Of a stretch of DNA of 64,000 bases, positions 50,376-61,366 are shown piece by piece; the first letter of the stretch is position 1; the number at the start of each line of letters is the position of its first letter. Made by a program: the position numbers and the translations under genes. The DNA lies in the NCBI GenBank assembly GCA_963809045.1, contig CAWEHW010000004.1, positions 331,816-395,815 on the forward strand, written 5' to 3'. The stretch comes from an uncultured Chloroflexia bacterium. GTDB taxonomy: Bacteria > Chloroflexota > Limnocylindria > Limnocylindrales > CSP1-4. The notes under the pieces are model-generated. The model saw only the letters and a program-made list of their open reading frames with translations, searched no databases and was not told the origin of the DNA.

Positions 50376-50888
50376 CTACCGGAGTGCCTCAAGGATTCGT
50401 TCGACGGCCACGCGGGGTCGGATGGCGTCGACGTCGATGACGACCGGGTCGAGCGACGCGAACAACGGGTCGCGGCGCGCCGCCTGCTCGGTCAGGAACT
50501 GGATCGGCGAATCACCGAACTCGGGGCGGTGCTTGTCGGAGGACGCGAACCGGCGCGCCAGCACCTCGGGTGAGGCGCGCAGCCAGACGACGGCCACATC
50601 CGATGCCGTCAGGGCGTCGCGGCATTCGGGGACGTCAACGGTACTGGCGGCCGCGCTGATCACGTTGGGCTTTGGGTCAGCGAGGGCGTCGCGCAGGTGC
50701 TCGGCCTCGAGCCGGTGCATCGCATCGACCCCGTCACGTTCGCCCAGTTGCCGGACGGTCAGCCCCGTCGTGGCTTCGATATCGCGGTCGGAGTCACGCC
50801 ACGGCCGATGCAGGTGCCCGGCCAGCCGGCGACCCACCTCGGTCTTGCCGGCGCCCATCAACCCGACCACGACGATGTGCCGCGGCAT
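50376..50888 (-). CDS. Shikimate kinase-like P-loop kinase (AroK/gluconokinase family)
   Basis: Walker A VVVGLMGAGKTEVGRRLA, about 170 aa. Confidence 0.65.
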   Translation of the reverse strand: MPRHIVVVGLMGAGKTEVGRRLAGHLHRPWRDSDRDIEATTGLTVRQLGERDGVDAMHRLEAEHLRDALADPKPNVISAAASTVDVPECRDALTASDVAVVWLRASPEVLARRFASSDKHRPEFGDSPIQFLTEQAARRDPLFASLDPVVIDVDAIRPRVAVERILEALR

Positions 50889-50948
50889 CTCCGGCTGGTC
50901 TCCCACACCGACAGCCTAGCGGCCGGCCGTGCCGCCTACACTTTGCGC

Positions 50949-51446
50949 ATGAGTGATGCCAAACCACCCTTGGTCGGAATCGTCGCGGGCAGCCGATCGG
51001 ACTTCCCGGTCATGGAGGCCGCGATCAAGGTTCTCGAGGAGCTCGAGATCCCCGCCGAGTTCCGTGTCCTGTCCGCGCATCGAACACCCGATCGCCTGTT
51101 GCAGTACGCGGAAGCCGCGCCCGGTCGTGGCATCCGGGTGATCATTGCAGGAGCGGGTGGGGCGGCCCACCTGCCGGGCGTCATCGCCGCCAAGGTGCTC
51201 CTTCCCGTGATCGGTGTTCCCATCCCGACCGAACACCTTCGCGGCATGGATTCGCTGTTGTCGATCGTGCAGATGCCGCGCGGCATCCCGGTGGCGACCG
51301 TGGCGATCGGCAATGCCGCCAATGCCGGCTTGCTGGCTGCGGAGATCCTGGCTCTCTCGGACGACGGGCTGCGTGCGCGGCTCGTGGCCTGGCGCGAGCG
51401 ATTGGCCCAGGCGGTGCTCGACGACCCGTCAAATCAGGACGGCTGA
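50949..51446 (+). CDS. purE: N5-carboxyaminoimidazole ribonucleotide mutase PurE
   Basis: VGIVAGSRSDFPVMEAA, AHRTPD, IAGAGGAAHLPGV and VIGVPI motifs. Confidence 0.9.
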   Translation: MSDAKPPLVGIVAGSRSDFPVMEAAIKVLEELEIPAEFRVLSAHRTPDRLLQYAEAAPGRGIRVIIAGAGGAAHLPGVIAAKVLLPVIGVPIPTEHLRGMDSLLSIVQMPRGIPVATVAIGNAANAGLLAAEILALSDDGLRARLVAWRERLAQAVLDDPSNQDG

Positions 51447-51513
51447 GCCCCGCGCGCGATCACTTCGCTCGACGATTTCCCTTGGGGCATAGCCCGAAGG
51501 CTCTCCGACGCCC

Positions 51514-52176
51514 CTATTCCCCAAGGGGCATCGTCGCGGAGAGTGGTTCCCGGTGCTCGCGCAGGTGGAACGCCAGGTCCACTCCGGTCTTGAGCGCGAT
51601 CAGGATCAACAGCGGCCCGAGCTGAGCGCCGGTGATCGCCACCGCGAATGCTCCGAAGATGATCGTCAGGTGGAGGATCACCACCCGGCCGTATGGGGCA
51701 CCCATCAGCTGGGTCGCGGTCACCCGCCGTTGTTCTCCACGACGGATGAAGTTGAACAGGTACGAGACCCCGTGGCTGATGAACAGGCCGATCCCGGCGA
51801 TCGCGACGTTGGCGACGTTCGGACCGGCAAGGGCGGTGTTCGGCGTGATGGCCGGATCCAGCTCGCCCACGCTCCCGCCAAACGGGACGAACGTTGGCAG
51901 CGTCAGCACGAAGATGCCGTGCACCAGCCAGAACATGCCGTAGTGCATGACGAAGAAGGGGATGACCCCCAGCTTGCCAAGCCCTGAGACCGCCGCCATC
52001 TTGAGGACGTTGTAGAAGCCGACGATCCCGTTCTCGAGCCAGTAGATGGTCAGGATCGTCCAGATGCTCCAGCCAAACCACAGGACCCCGACGAGGGGCA
52101 CGAGGTTCGCCAGCACCAGGGCGACGACGGCGCCCACCGATGAGCTGACCCGGTACCAGGCGAGCAAACGCTCCAC
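51514..52176 (-). CDS. Hypothetical polytopic membrane protein
   Basis: 220 aa with about six hydrophobic helices and no recognisable motif. Confidence 0.5.
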   Translation of the reverse strand: MERLLAWYRVSSSVGAVVALVLANLVPLVGVLWFGWSIWTILTIYWLENGIVGFYNVLKMAAVSGLGKLGVIPFFVMHYGMFWLVHGIFVLTLPTFVPFGGSVGELDPAITPNTALAGPNVANVAIAGIGLFISHGVSYLFNFIRRGEQRRVTATQLMGAPYGRVVILHLTIIFGAFAVAITGAQLGPLLILIALKTGVDLAFHLREHREPLSATMPLGE

Positions 52177-52272
52177 GCGGCGATGCTAGCGGCTGCCGGC
52201 GCCGAGCGCCGCCAGGCCAATAGTTCCACCGCGGCAATCGGACCGCCGCCGGCGCCGCGAGCGGCGCCCCAG

Positions 52273-53169
52273 TTATGCCTCGCCGGTCGCCGTTGCTCCG
52301 CCGACGCTGACGGTGTGCTCCTCGGCACCCCGCACGAGCCTGACCTCGAACGGCGGCTCGACCGCGCCGAGTGCGGCAAACAGGTCGTCCGCATCCGTGA
52401 TCGGTCGGCCCGCGGCTTCGACGAGCAGGTCACCGGCCTCGATGCCGGCACCGGCGGCAAGACTGCCATCTTCGACGCCGCGTACGAGGACACCGTCACG
52501 CTCCGGCAGCCCCACCGACCGGCGCATCCGCCGCGCGATGTGCGAGGGCGCGACGGCGACGCCCAGTCGCGCTCGCTTCGGTGTTTCGCCGCGACCCAGG
52601 GCATCCACCCGGCCGCGAAGCCCCGCGTTTGCGGGGAGGGCGAGGTAGAACCCTTCGCCGATCCGGTTGGTGTTCAGGCCGACGAGTCGACCCTGCCCGT
52701 CCAGCAGCGCGCCACCGGACGACCCGGGGGCGAGCGGGGCGGTGTGCTCGACGCTGCCTTCGATGCGCCGGCCGCCGGGTCCCCGGAACGCGCGGGCGAT
52801 CGCCGACACGAGTCCGAACGTAATGCGCGAGCCGCCACCGTGGCTTGCGCCGGCGCCGAAGACGGCGCTCCCGATCGCGAGCAAATCGCCATCACCCCAT
52901 TCGAGCGGGGCGGCGGATCCGGTGTCCACCGAGATGACCGCGAGATCGCCGTCGGCATCGACGCCGGCGAGATCGCCGACGAGGCGCCGCCCGTCGGCGA
53001 ACGTGACGGTGACCTGATCGCCACGGAGGTTGTGGGCGTTGGTCAGGACCTTGCCGGCGGCGAGGACGATGCCGGAGCCGCGGGTGCCGCGGCCGATCCC
53101 GACGATGGATGGACCCACCCGCTCGGAGATCGAGGCGACGGCGGTCTGGAGGTCTTCGATGGCTGTCAT
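52273..53169 (-). CDS. Trypsin-like serine protease with a PDZ domain (HtrA/DegP S1C family)
   Basis: Catalytic-triad context VLTNAHNL, DLAVI and GSSGGAL, with a C-terminal PDZ-like domain. No signal peptide detected. Confidence 0.75.
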   Translation of the reverse strand: MTAIEDLQTAVASISERVGPSIVGIGRGTRGSGIVLAAGKVLTNAHNLRGDQVTVTFADGRRLVGDLAGVDADGDLAVISVDTGSAAPLEWGDGDLLAIGSAVFGAGASHGGGSRITFGLVSAIARAFRGPGGRRIEGSVEHTAPLAPGSSGGALLDGQGRLVGLNTNRIGEGFYLALPANAGLRGRVDALGRGETPKRARLGVAVAPSHIARRMRRSVGLPERDGVLVRGVEDGSLAAGAGIEAGDLLVEAAGRPITDADDLFAALGAVEPPFEVRLVRGAEEHTVSVGGATATGEA

Positions 53170-53244
53170 GGCGTCCTTCGGTTCTCAGTGGTGTTGCGGG
53201 GAGGCATACACTTGTAACTTGCAATCTACTACTGACTACGAGTC

Positions 53245-53733
53245 GTGACAAGCCCTCAACCCGCCCCTACCATCGATGGCATGCCGGACCCCGCGGCGGC
53301 ACCCCATCCCCACGCGCTCCGTGCCCCGACGCCGCTCGAAGCCGCCCTCGAGCGCGTTGGGGATCGCTGGAGCCTGCTCCTGGTCGAGGCGCTCCTCGAT
53401 GGTGGCCGTCGGTTCAACGAGCTGGCCGAAGCCCTCCCGGCGATCGCTCCCAACATCCTCAGCGAGCGCCTCCGTCGGCTGGAACGCGAACGGATCGTGG
53501 TGGCGACCCCCTACCAGCAGCGGCCGCCACGGATGTCGTACTCGCTGACCGGAGACGGGCGAGAGCTTGCCTCGGCGCTGCGGCTCCTCGCCGATTGGGG
53601 CGCTCGCCGCTCCGAGCGACCCGAACCCCTCCACCACGAGCTGTGCGGCACAGCCCTCGAGACGCGTTGGTGGTGCCCCACCTGCACGGTCACCGTGGCC
53701 GATCCCGGAGCGAGGGAGACGCGCTCCGTCTGA
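53245..53733 (+). CDS. HxlR-family transcriptional regulator
   Basis: RWSLLLVEALLDGGRRFNELAEALPAIAPNILSERLRRLERERIV winged HTH typical of HxlR. Confidence 0.7.
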   Translation: MTSPQPAPTIDGMPDPAAAPHPHALRAPTPLEAALERVGDRWSLLLVEALLDGGRRFNELAEALPAIAPNILSERLRRLERERIVVATPYQQRPPRMSYSLTGDGRELASALRLLADWGARRSERPEPLHHELCGTALETRWWCPTCTVTVADPGARETRSV

Positions 53734-53760
53734 TCGAGGGCGCGTCGCTACACTCGATCG

Positions 53761-54195
53761 ATGGATGACGAGCGCTGGGAGCCCGGCATGCCGATCCTGG
53801 ATCGCCAGGCCGCTGCCAGCGACCGAGCAACATCAGCGCTGCCACCGAGCCTGCAGGGCCTCCCGGCCCGCTCGGTACCGGAAGTGGCGCCCACGCCGCT
53901 CCAGCCCTACTACGTCTACCTGAGCGTGATCGTCCTGATCTGCGGGGCGATCGCGATCACGGCCCTCGAGCTCGGGGCACCGTTGTCGAGCTGGCTGGTC
54001 AAGGTGTGCGCCATCGTGGCGGCGCCGCTACTGGTCGTGACCACCGCGGACGCGATCGTCCGGATCTGGCGGTCGGCCTGGGCGTGGATGCCCGTCAACC
54101 CTGGGCGTGGCGCGTTCCGGCTTGCCTGGGTCATGGTCAGCGTGGTTGGGCTCGGTGCGCTCGTTGCGGCGTCGATCGTGGTCATCGTCGCGTGA
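53761..54195 (+). CDS. Hypothetical membrane protein
   Basis: 144 aa with three or four hydrophobic helices. Confidence 0.45.
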   Translation: MDDERWEPGMPILDRQAAASDRATSALPPSLQGLPARSVPEVAPTPLQPYYVYLSVIVLICGAIAITALELGAPLSSWLVKVCAIVAAPLLVVTTADAIVRIWRSAWAWMPVNPGRGAFRLAWVMVSVVGLGALVAASIVVIVA

Positions 54196-54251
54196 ACGAC
54201 CGCCCGGCCCGCCCGGCCACGCCCGGCGATCGAGGGCCCGATGCACGATCC

Positions 54252-54830
54252 ACGGACATCGCCTCCGGTGGCGGCGTGCCCGGTTGGCTCGCGGCGTCAC
54301 TCAACTTCTGTTCGCGGTGCGGCAGCTCGCTCGAATTCGGCGCGGTCGACGGCGAGGATCGCCATCGCCTGGCGTGCCGGTCGTGTGGCTACATCTCGTA
54401 CGTCAATCCGCGGCTCGTCGTGACCACCATTCCCGTGACCGACACCGGCGAAGTCGTCCTCCTGCGACGGGGGATCGAACCGGGCCGTGGTTGGTGGGCC
54501 CAGCCTGGCGGCTTCCTGGAGGTCGACGAAACGGTCACCGAGGGCGCGATGCGCGAGACGCTCGAAGAGACCGGGCTGATCGTCGAGCCAGGCGAGATCG
54601 TCGGTCTCTACTCGCGGCTGGAGGCGGCGGTTGTCGTCCTCGCGATCGAATCGCGGATCGTCGGCGGCGAGTTCCGCCTGAACCCCGAGGCCCTCGAGAT
54701 CCAGGCGTTCCAGCCCGACGCGATCCCGTGGCCGGGGATCGCGTTCAACACCACGCACTGGGCCCTCCACGACTGGGTCCGGAGCCGGCACCCGAACATC
54801 GAGCCAGACGCACGGCAACGATCGGAGTAG
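54252..54830 (+). CDS. NUDIX hydrolase with an N-terminal zinc ribbon (NudC-like); start uncertain
   Basis: CSRCG...CRSCG zinc ribbon, then the NUDIX box GGFLEVDETVTEGAMRETLEETG. Confidence 0.65.
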   Translation, partial: TDIASGGGVPGWLAASLNFCSRCGSSLEFGAVDGEDRHRLACRSCGYISYVNPRLVVTTIPVTDTGEVVLLRRGIEPGRGWWAQPGGFLEVDETVTEGAMRETLEETGLIVEPGEIVGLYSRLEAAVVVLAIESRIVGGEFRLNPEALEIQAFQPDAIPWPGIAFNTTHWALHDWVRSRHPNIEPDARQRSE

Positions 54831-55621
54831 CGGTGGGGTCCGGCAACGAGCAGATGGTGGCGTTCATCCGTGCCATGCACGAGGCGCATGCCGTGCTCGG
54901 AACGCGCAGCGGGGGATCCGTCCGTCGTGACGATGGCCTCTTGATGGTCGCTGGCCCCCACCCGAACGCCTTGATCGCGAACACGGCGCTCCGAACCAAC
55001 CTGGCTCTCGCGCCCGCTTCGGTGCTTGCGAGGACTCAGGCGCACTACGGCGCGATGGGCTGGCAATTCGACCTCGCCACCTTCGCGGTGCAGGACCGCG
55101 ACCTGGACGAGGCCGCGGCGGCAGCCGGCTGGAGCCGCAACATCGACCTGCCGTGCATGGTCGTTGGCGCTCCCGTCGGCGAGACGCCACCCCCGGACGG
55201 CGTCTCGATCCGCCGCGCCACGCCCGACGGCGACCAGCTGGTCGTCGGCCGGATCGTGGCCGAGTGCTTCGCTGACACGCCCGCCCAGGTCGACGGCATG
55301 CGGGCGATGTTTGCCGAGCCGGCACTGATCGCCGAACATGGCTGGCCGTTCGTCATCGCGTCCGTCGCAGGCGAGGACGTCGCCGCGGCGGCGTCGTTCG
55401 TCCGTGGAGACGTCGGGGTGCTCGGGTTCGTCGCGACGCTTCCCGCCTATCGGCGGCAGGGGATCGGTGCATTCGTGAGTCGGGTCGGCACCAACGCCGC
55501 CTTTCGTGCCGGAGCACGGTTCGTGGGGCTGCAGGCCTCGCCGGGGGGCCGCCCCGTGTATGAAGCCCTCGGGTACGTCACCGTAGGCGACTCGACGATC
55601 TGGGCGCCGCCGGACGCCTGA
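54831..55621 (+). CDS. GNAT-family N-acetyltransferase
   Basis: C-terminal acetyl-CoA binding motif LPAYRRQGIGAFV. GTG start. Confidence 0.6.
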
Positions 55622-55631
55622 GCCGTGGGTC

Positions 55632-56264
55632 TCAGCCGTCCGAGAACACGATCCCGCCGACGAGTCCGTCGTCGCCAAGCGTCGGTCGCTCGATTGGACC
55701 GAGCCGGAACGGGCGCAGCACGGCGCCAAGCCTCTGACCGTCGCGATCGAATGCCACCACTCGTACCGCCATCGGCGCCATCACACGCGGATCGGGGATG
55801 CCGAAACGGACGAGGAAATGGCCTTGCCGATCGATCGGCCGGACCGTCGCCTCCTGGACCGGATACCAGTCGGTTTCGAGGCTGACCCGGAGCGCTGCGG
55901 CATCCGCCCGGAAGAATCCCTGCACGATGATCTCCGGCGCGGTGATCGTCGGATCGCCCTCGGCCGGGCTCGTCAGGACGATGACCTCGGCGGGTGCGGG
56001 TCTCGCGGGATCTGCGCGGTGCGGCCCGGTCACGGCCGGCGGCAGCGAGGCCATCGGGCTCGGCGCCGTCGCCATCGTTGGCCCACTCGGCGCAGCCGTT
56101 TCCGTGAGCCGCCCGACAACCGCAACGCCGGCGATCCCGACCAGCCCGAATACCCACGCGGCCATGACCGCTCGCGTGCGAGCACCAGAGCCTCGTCGAA
56201 CACGAACGGGCTCGAAGGTCGCTGCCGTCAGTGCCTGCAGGTCGGGCTCGGCGCGATCCACCAT
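55632..56264 (-). CDS. Hypothetical membrane-anchored protein; start uncertain
   Basis: Transmembrane helix AAWVFGLVGIAGVAVVG followed by a Pro/Ala-rich region and a globular C-terminus. Confidence 0.4.
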   Translation of the reverse strand: MVDRAEPDLQALTAATFEPVRVRRGSGARTRAVMAAWVFGLVGIAGVAVVGRLTETAAPSGPTMATAPSPMASLPPAVTGPHRADPARPAPAEVIVLTSPAEGDPTITAPEIIVQGFFRADAAALRVSLETDWYPVQEATVRPIDRQGHFLVRFGIPDPRVMAPMAVRVVAFDRDGQRLGAVLRPFRLGPIERPTLGDDGLVGGIVFSDG

Positions 56265-56278
56265 GCCGCGAGCGTCCG

Positions 56279-57781
56279 CTAGCTCAGGTCGATGTAGACG
56301 TTCTTGGTCTCGGTATAGAGGTCCAGCGCGGCCATCCCGAGCTCCCGGCCGATCCCTGACATCTTGTAGCCACCGAAGGGCGCCTCGGAGTGGACGGAGC
56401 TGTTCGAATTGACGCTGATCACACCGCACTGGAGCGCCTTCGCGGCGCGCAGCGCCTTGCCGATGTCGCGGCTCCAGATCGAGCCGGAGAGGCCGTACGG
56501 CGTCGCGTTGGCCAGGCGAAGGGCTTCCTCCTCCGTGTCGAACGCGATGATCGACACGACCGGGCCGAAAATCTCCTCGCGAGCAATCCGCATGTCGTTC
56601 GACACGCCGTCGAAGACCGTCGGCATCAGGAACGCGCCCGCGGCAAGGGACGGATCGTCGGGTGCGTCGCCACCGAGCACGAGCTCGGCGCCCTCGGCGC
56701 GCCCCGCCTCGATGTACTCGCGGACCCGATCCCGCTGCTTCTGGCTGACGAGGCAGCCCATCTCGGTCGCATCGTCGGCAGGATTGCCGACCTTCACCTT
56801 GCGGGTGGCCGCGGCGAACAGCTCGACCACGCGATCGTGGACGGACCGTTCGACGAGGATCCGGCTCCGGGCGCAGCAGTCCTGCCCGGCATTGTCGAAG
56901 ACCGAATAGGGCGACTCCCGCGCGAACTTCTCGAGGTCGGCGTCGGCGAAGACGATGTTCGGGCTCTTGCCCCCCAGTTCGAGGGAGATCTTCTTCACGT
57001 TGCCTGATGCCAGCCGCATGATCTCCTGGCCGGTGGCGGTCTCACCGGTGAACGCGACCTTGCCGATCCCCGGATGGGCCGCGATCGACGCTCCGGCGGT
57101 GCCTCCTGGCCCGGTCACGACGTTGAGGACGCCGGGCGGTATGCCGGCCTCCAGCGCCAGCTCGCCGAGCCGGATCGCGGTCAGGGGGGAGTAGCTCGCG
57201 GGCTTGAGGATCGCGGTGTTGCCGGCCGCCAGGGCCGGCGCCACCTTCCATGAGGCCATGTAGAGCGGGAAGTTCCAGGGAACGATCAGCCCGACGACGC
57301 CGATTGGCTCCCGCAAGGTAAGGTCGAGGCCCGGCTTGGAGACCGGGATCGTCTGGCCGAAGATCTTGTTGGCGGCGCCCGCGTAGTAGTCGAAGACGAG
57401 ACTCGTCCCGACCACCTCGCCGCGCGAACTGGTGATGGGCTTCCCCACGTTCCGGGTCTCGAGCTGGGCCAGCGCTTCGGTGTTGGCCTTGATCAGGGAG
57501 GCGAGCTTCGAGAGGCTTCGACCTCGCTTGCCGGCTGCCCAATTCGCCCAGCCCTTGGGATCGTCGAACGCGGCCTGCGCGGCGGCAACGGCCCGGTCGA
57601 CGTCTTCCCGGCCGCCCAGCGGCGCGCTGGCAATGACCTCGCCGGTCGCCGGGTTCGTCACGTCGAATGTCTGGCCGTCGGCAGCGTCGACGGTCTCCCC
57701 GCCGATCACCATGCGTGCCATGGTCGGCGTCGTGGTCGCCGACGAAGGCGCCTTGTCGAGCGGTTGTGATTCGGTCGTCAT
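56279..57781 (-). CDS. NAD(P)-dependent aldehyde dehydrogenase (betaine-aldehyde/succinate-semialdehyde DH-like)
   Basis: ALDH motifs NPATGEV, GKSPNIVF with the catalytic Cys in the AGQDCCA region, and ELGGKSP. Confidence 0.85.
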   Translation of the reverse strand: MTTESQPLDKAPSSATTTPTMARMVIGGETVDAADGQTFDVTNPATGEVIASAPLGGREDVDRAVAAAQAAFDDPKGWANWAAGKRGRSLSKLASLIKANTEALAQLETRNVGKPITSSRGEVVGTSLVFDYYAGAANKIFGQTIPVSKPGLDLTLREPIGVVGLIVPWNFPLYMASWKVAPALAAGNTAILKPASYSPLTAIRLGELALEAGIPPGVLNVVTGPGGTAGASIAAHPGIGKVAFTGETATGQEIMRLASGNVKKISLELGGKSPNIVFADADLEKFARESPYSVFDNAGQDCCARSRILVERSVHDRVVELFAAATRKVKVGNPADDATEMGCLVSQKQRDRVREYIEAGRAEGAELVLGGDAPDDPSLAAGAFLMPTVFDGVSNDMRIAREEIFGPVVSIIAFDTEEEALRLANATPYGLSGSIWSRDIGKALRAAKALQCGVISVNSNSSVHSEAPFGGYKMSGIGRELGMAALDLYTETKNVYIDLS

Positions 57782-57857
57782 GGTCCGTCGATCATACGCT
57801 CGAACCGGTCGTGGGCCGCCGGCGCAAGCCGTGTGTCAGCGGTGCCGGTACGGGTCT

Positions 57858-59690
57858 TCAGCCCCGATCGCGACCGTAAACGTCCCGGCGCAGGCCGCTC
57901 ACGATGCCGTTGAGCTCGGGACCCGAGACACCCATCCGCTGGAGCGCGTGGCGGGCGAGCTCGAACCCGGCTTCGGCATCAGGGTCAGCGACGCGGCCGA
58001 CGCCCACCTCGCGAAGGATGTCGACCTGCCGCTTGCCCCGCGCCCGGGTGCCGATCGAGAGTCGCGGGTTGATCCTGAGCGCCCGTTCCGCGGCAAGCCT
58101 CGCGGTCAACGGGTCTCCGACCGCGATGATCACGATGCGCGCCCGCTCGAGATCGAGCCGTTTGAGGATGGCCGGGTTGGCGGCATCCCCGAAGATCGTG
58201 ACCGCACCGAGTTGCTCGACCGCCTCAAGACGCCGAGCGTCGCGATCGACGACGACGCAGCGGAAGCCGCGCTGCCTGACGGCCCGGGTCACGACCTGGC
58301 CGATCCGCCCGGCACCCAGCACCACGACCGTCGGCCGGCGAGCCTCGTCGTCGGGATCGATCGCCCGCTCCGTCCGTGACCGCGCGCCGACGCCCATCCG
58401 GGCCGGCGCTCGGGCGACCGGGGCTTCGATCGCGGTCTCGACAACGGCCACGGCGTCGGCGTGCGCCGCTCCGAGCTCGACCGCCCGGTCGGCACGTCGT
58501 TCAGATCGCATGGCGAGGCGCTGGGCAACCTCTCTCGCGACTGACGTGAGGAGGATGGAGACGACGGCCGTCCCGAGGATCAGGTTGTAGGCACGCGCAT
58601 CCAGGATCCCGAGGTCCAGCCCGTCCTCGGCCAGGATGAAGCTGAACTCCCCGACCTGCGCGAGCCCGCCACCGAGCAGCAGCGCCGAACGGATGGGCAA
58701 CCCGGCCATCCGTCCGAAGACCGCAATCGCCCCGCCCTTGACCACGACGGCGATCGCGACGAGCAGGCCGATCAACAACGCGTCGGCGACGAGGGCCGTC
58801 GGGTTCACCAACATGCCCACGGACACGAAGAAGAGCACGGCGAACAGGTCCCGGAACGGCGTCACCTCGGCTGCCGCCTGGTGCGACAGGTCCGACTCGG
58901 AGACGACGATGCCGGCCACGAACGCTCCGAGCGCCAGCGACAGACCGAAGATGGCGCTCGAGACGAATGCCGTGAGCAGCGCGGTTGCGAAGACCGACAG
59001 CAGGAACAGCTCGCTCGAGCCCGAGCGAGCGATCGAGCGGAACAGCCAGGGAAGCAGGCGGGTCCCCAGGACATACGCCAGCGCCAGGAACAGGGCCGCC
59101 TTGATCAGCGCGATGGCCAGTGGCAGCAACGCATCGCCACCGGCGAGTGACGGGAGGGCGACGATGAACACGATCGTGGCGATGTCCTGCACGATCGACC
59201 AGCCGATCGCCGCGCGGCCGTGGAGGCTGTCGATCTCGCCGCTGTCGATCAACCCCTTGAGGACGACGAGGGTGGACGAGATCGACAGGCAGGCTCCGAC
59301 CACGAAGGCGGCCGTCGATCCCGAGCCCAGGCCGAGCATGAGCGCCATTCCGGTGGCGACGATCAGGACGACCTGGGCAACGCCGCCCGGCAGCGCAACC
59401 CGAGCGACCTGGCGCAACTCATGGATCGAAAACTCGACGCCCAGCGCGAACAACAGGAGCACGACCCCGACGTCCGCCAGTGCCGAGATCTGCTCGACAT
59501 CGCCGACGAAACCCGGCGTGAACGGGCCGATGACCACGCCCGCGAGCAGGTACCCGACGATCGCGGGCTGGCGAAGGCGCACCGCGATCGCGCCACCCAG
59601 GAGTGCCGCGGCAACCGCGCCGCCAAGCCCGAGGATGAACTCGAGCTGTTCGGTCAGGGCGAGGGCGGGGAGCTCCGGCAGGTCGAACAT
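57858..59690 (-). CDS. Kef-type monovalent cation:proton antiporter (CPA2) with a C-terminal TrkA-N (RCK) domain
   Basis: N-terminal multi-helix Na_H_Exchanger fold. The C-terminal VVVLGAGRIGQVV Rossmann motif marks the RCK domain. Confidence 0.8.
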   Translation of the reverse strand: MFDLPELPALALTEQLEFILGLGGAVAAALLGGAIAVRLRQPAIVGYLLAGVVIGPFTPGFVGDVEQISALADVGVVLLLFALGVEFSIHELRQVARVALPGGVAQVVLIVATGMALMLGLGSGSTAAFVVGACLSISSTLVVLKGLIDSGEIDSLHGRAAIGWSIVQDIATIVFIVALPSLAGGDALLPLAIALIKAALFLALAYVLGTRLLPWLFRSIARSGSSELFLLSVFATALLTAFVSSAIFGLSLALGAFVAGIVVSESDLSHQAAAEVTPFRDLFAVLFFVSVGMLVNPTALVADALLIGLLVAIAVVVKGGAIAVFGRMAGLPIRSALLLGGGLAQVGEFSFILAEDGLDLGILDARAYNLILGTAVVSILLTSVAREVAQRLAMRSERRADRAVELGAAHADAVAVVETAIEAPVARAPARMGVGARSRTERAIDPDDEARRPTVVVLGAGRIGQVVTRAVRQRGFRCVVVDRDARRLEAVEQLGAVTIFGDAANPAILKRLDLERARIVIIAVGDPLTARLAAERALRINPRLSIGTRARGKRQVDILREVGVGRVADPDAEAGFELARHALQRMGVSGPELNGIVSGLRRDVYGRDRG

Positions 59691-59730
59691 TGGCGGCTGG
59701 TCAGGGAGGTCCAGTCACCAACGTCGTCCC

Positions 59731-60585
59731 TCACGCCCTGGAATCGGGCGGAGCGGCAATCAGCAGGGTTGGCGGAGCGGGCCGAGCGACCTCCGTCGAG
59801 CGTTCCATCGCGACGATCGCTGCGCCGATGATCCCGGCGTCATTGCGCAATGCGGCCGCGACGACCGGGCAGCGGACCGTGAGGCGAGGGATGAACCGCT
59901 CGGGCGCCTTGCTGACGCCGCCACCCAGGATCATCAGGTTCGGCCACATCAGCTTGTCGATCCGGTCGAGATGCTCGTCGAGGTCCTGCGACCACGCCTT
60001 CCACGACAGGCCGCGCCGGACGCGGGCTGCCGCGGCCGACCGTCGCTCCGCGGCGCGACCGCGGATCTCCATCTGGCCGAACTCGGTGTTCGGGACGAGG
60101 ACGCCATCAATGAACACACCGGAACCGACGCCGGTCCCGAGGGTCAGGAAGATGACCACACCCGGCTGGTCGCGACCCACCCCGAACCGCATCTCCGCGA
60201 TCCCGGCCGCGTCGGCATCATTGACGATGCTGACCGGGCGAGCTGTCACCTTGCGCAGGCGCTCCACGACGGGGAACCCGATCCAGCCCGCGTCGATGTT
60301 GGCTGCCGATTTGAGCGTGTCGTCGAGGGTGACCCCTGGGAGCCCCACGCCGACGGGCGTGGCAGTGCTCAGGCCGCTCGCCTTCGCGAGGCGCTTGACC
60401 ATCCGGCCGATCGAGGCGATGACGGCCTCCGGCGTGGCGGGGCTCGGCGTCGCCACGCGCAGTCGATCCGAACGGAACCGCCCAGCTTCCACGTCGACGA
60501 CGGCCGCCTTGATCCCGCTGCCGCCGACATCCACGCCGATGGCGATCCGGCCGCTTGCCACGTCCGTGGTGACCTCCGCTGTCAA
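59731..60585 (-). CDS. ROK-family sugar kinase (polyphosphate/ATP glucokinase-like)
   Basis: ROK/ASKHA motifs [14 protein letters not shown] and GLPGV. 284 aa. Confidence 0.7.
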   Translation of the reverse strand: MTAEVTTDVASGRIAIGVDVGGSGIKAAVVDVEAGRFRSDRLRVATPSPATPEAVIASIGRMVKRLAKASGLSTATPVGVGLPGVTLDDTLKSAANIDAGWIGFPVVERLRKVTARPVSIVNDADAAGIAEMRFGVGRDQPGVVIFLTLGTGVGSGVFIDGVLVPNTEFGQMEIRGRAAERRSAAAARVRRGLSWKAWSQDLDEHLDRIDKLMWPNLMILGGGVSKAPERFIPRLTVRCPVVAAALRNDAGIIGAAIVAMERSTEVARPAPPTLLIAAPPDSRA

Positions 60586-60598
60586 CCCGGTCTCCCGC

Positions 60599-61366
60599 TC
60601 AGAAGTAGTTCACGGTGATGCCGCCGTCCACGACCAGCGACGCGCCATTCGTCCAGCGTGACTCATCCGAGGCGAGATAGATCGCCAGCTGCACGATCTC
60701 CTCGGGTTTCCCAAATCGGCCCGTCGGGTTGCGCGCCAGGCGAAGCTGCTTCGCGGCTTCGTCCTTGACCAGCCAGTCCATGAGGAGCGGTGTCTCGACT
60801 GGCCCTGGGCAGATGGCATTCGTCCGGATGCCATTGGGTCCGAACTGCACGGCGAGGCTGCGCGTCAACGAAAGGACCGCGCCCTTCGAAGCCGTGTAGG
60901 CATCCTGCGGCACGCTGCAACCGAGGATCGCGACGAAGCTCGCGATGTTGATGATCGAACCGCCGCCCGCCGCGATCATCGCGGGGACCGCGTACTTGCA
61001 ACCCAGGAAGACACCGCGGACGTTGACGGCCATGACCGCATCCCAGGTCGCGACGTCGGTGTCGGTGACGGAGTGGTCCGCTTCGGGCATCACGCCGGCG
61101 TTGTTGTAGAGGCAGTCCAGCCGCCCGTACGTCGCGACGGCATGATCGACCATCGCCTTCGCGTCGGCTTCGCTCGACACGTCCGTTCGGACAAAGGTCG
61201 CGTCACCACCGGCCGCGCGAACGAGCTCGACGGTTTCCGTCCCGGCCCCTTCGCCGTACTCGGCAACCACGACCTTCGCGCCCTGCGCGGCGAACAACTG
61301 GGCCGCGACCCGACCCATGCCGCCACCGGCGCCGGTGATGATCGTGACCTTGCCATCGAGTCGCAT
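60599..61366 (-). CDS. SDR-family oxidoreductase
   Basis: TGAGGGMG cofactor motif, NNAG, and the catalytic YxxxK in [11 protein letters not shown]. Confidence 0.85.
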   Translation of the reverse strand: MRLDGKVTIITGAGGGMGRVAAQLFAAQGAKVVVAEYGEGAGTETVELVRAAGGDATFVRTDVSSEADAKAMVDHAVATYGRLDCLYNNAGVMPEADHSVTDTDVATWDAVMAVNVRGVFLGCKYAVPAMIAAGGGSIINIASFVAILGCSVPQDAYTASKGAVLSLTRSLAVQFGPNGIRTNAICPGPVETPLLMDWLVKDEAAKQLRLARNPTGRFGKPEEIVQLAIYLASDESRWTNGASLVVDGGITVNYF

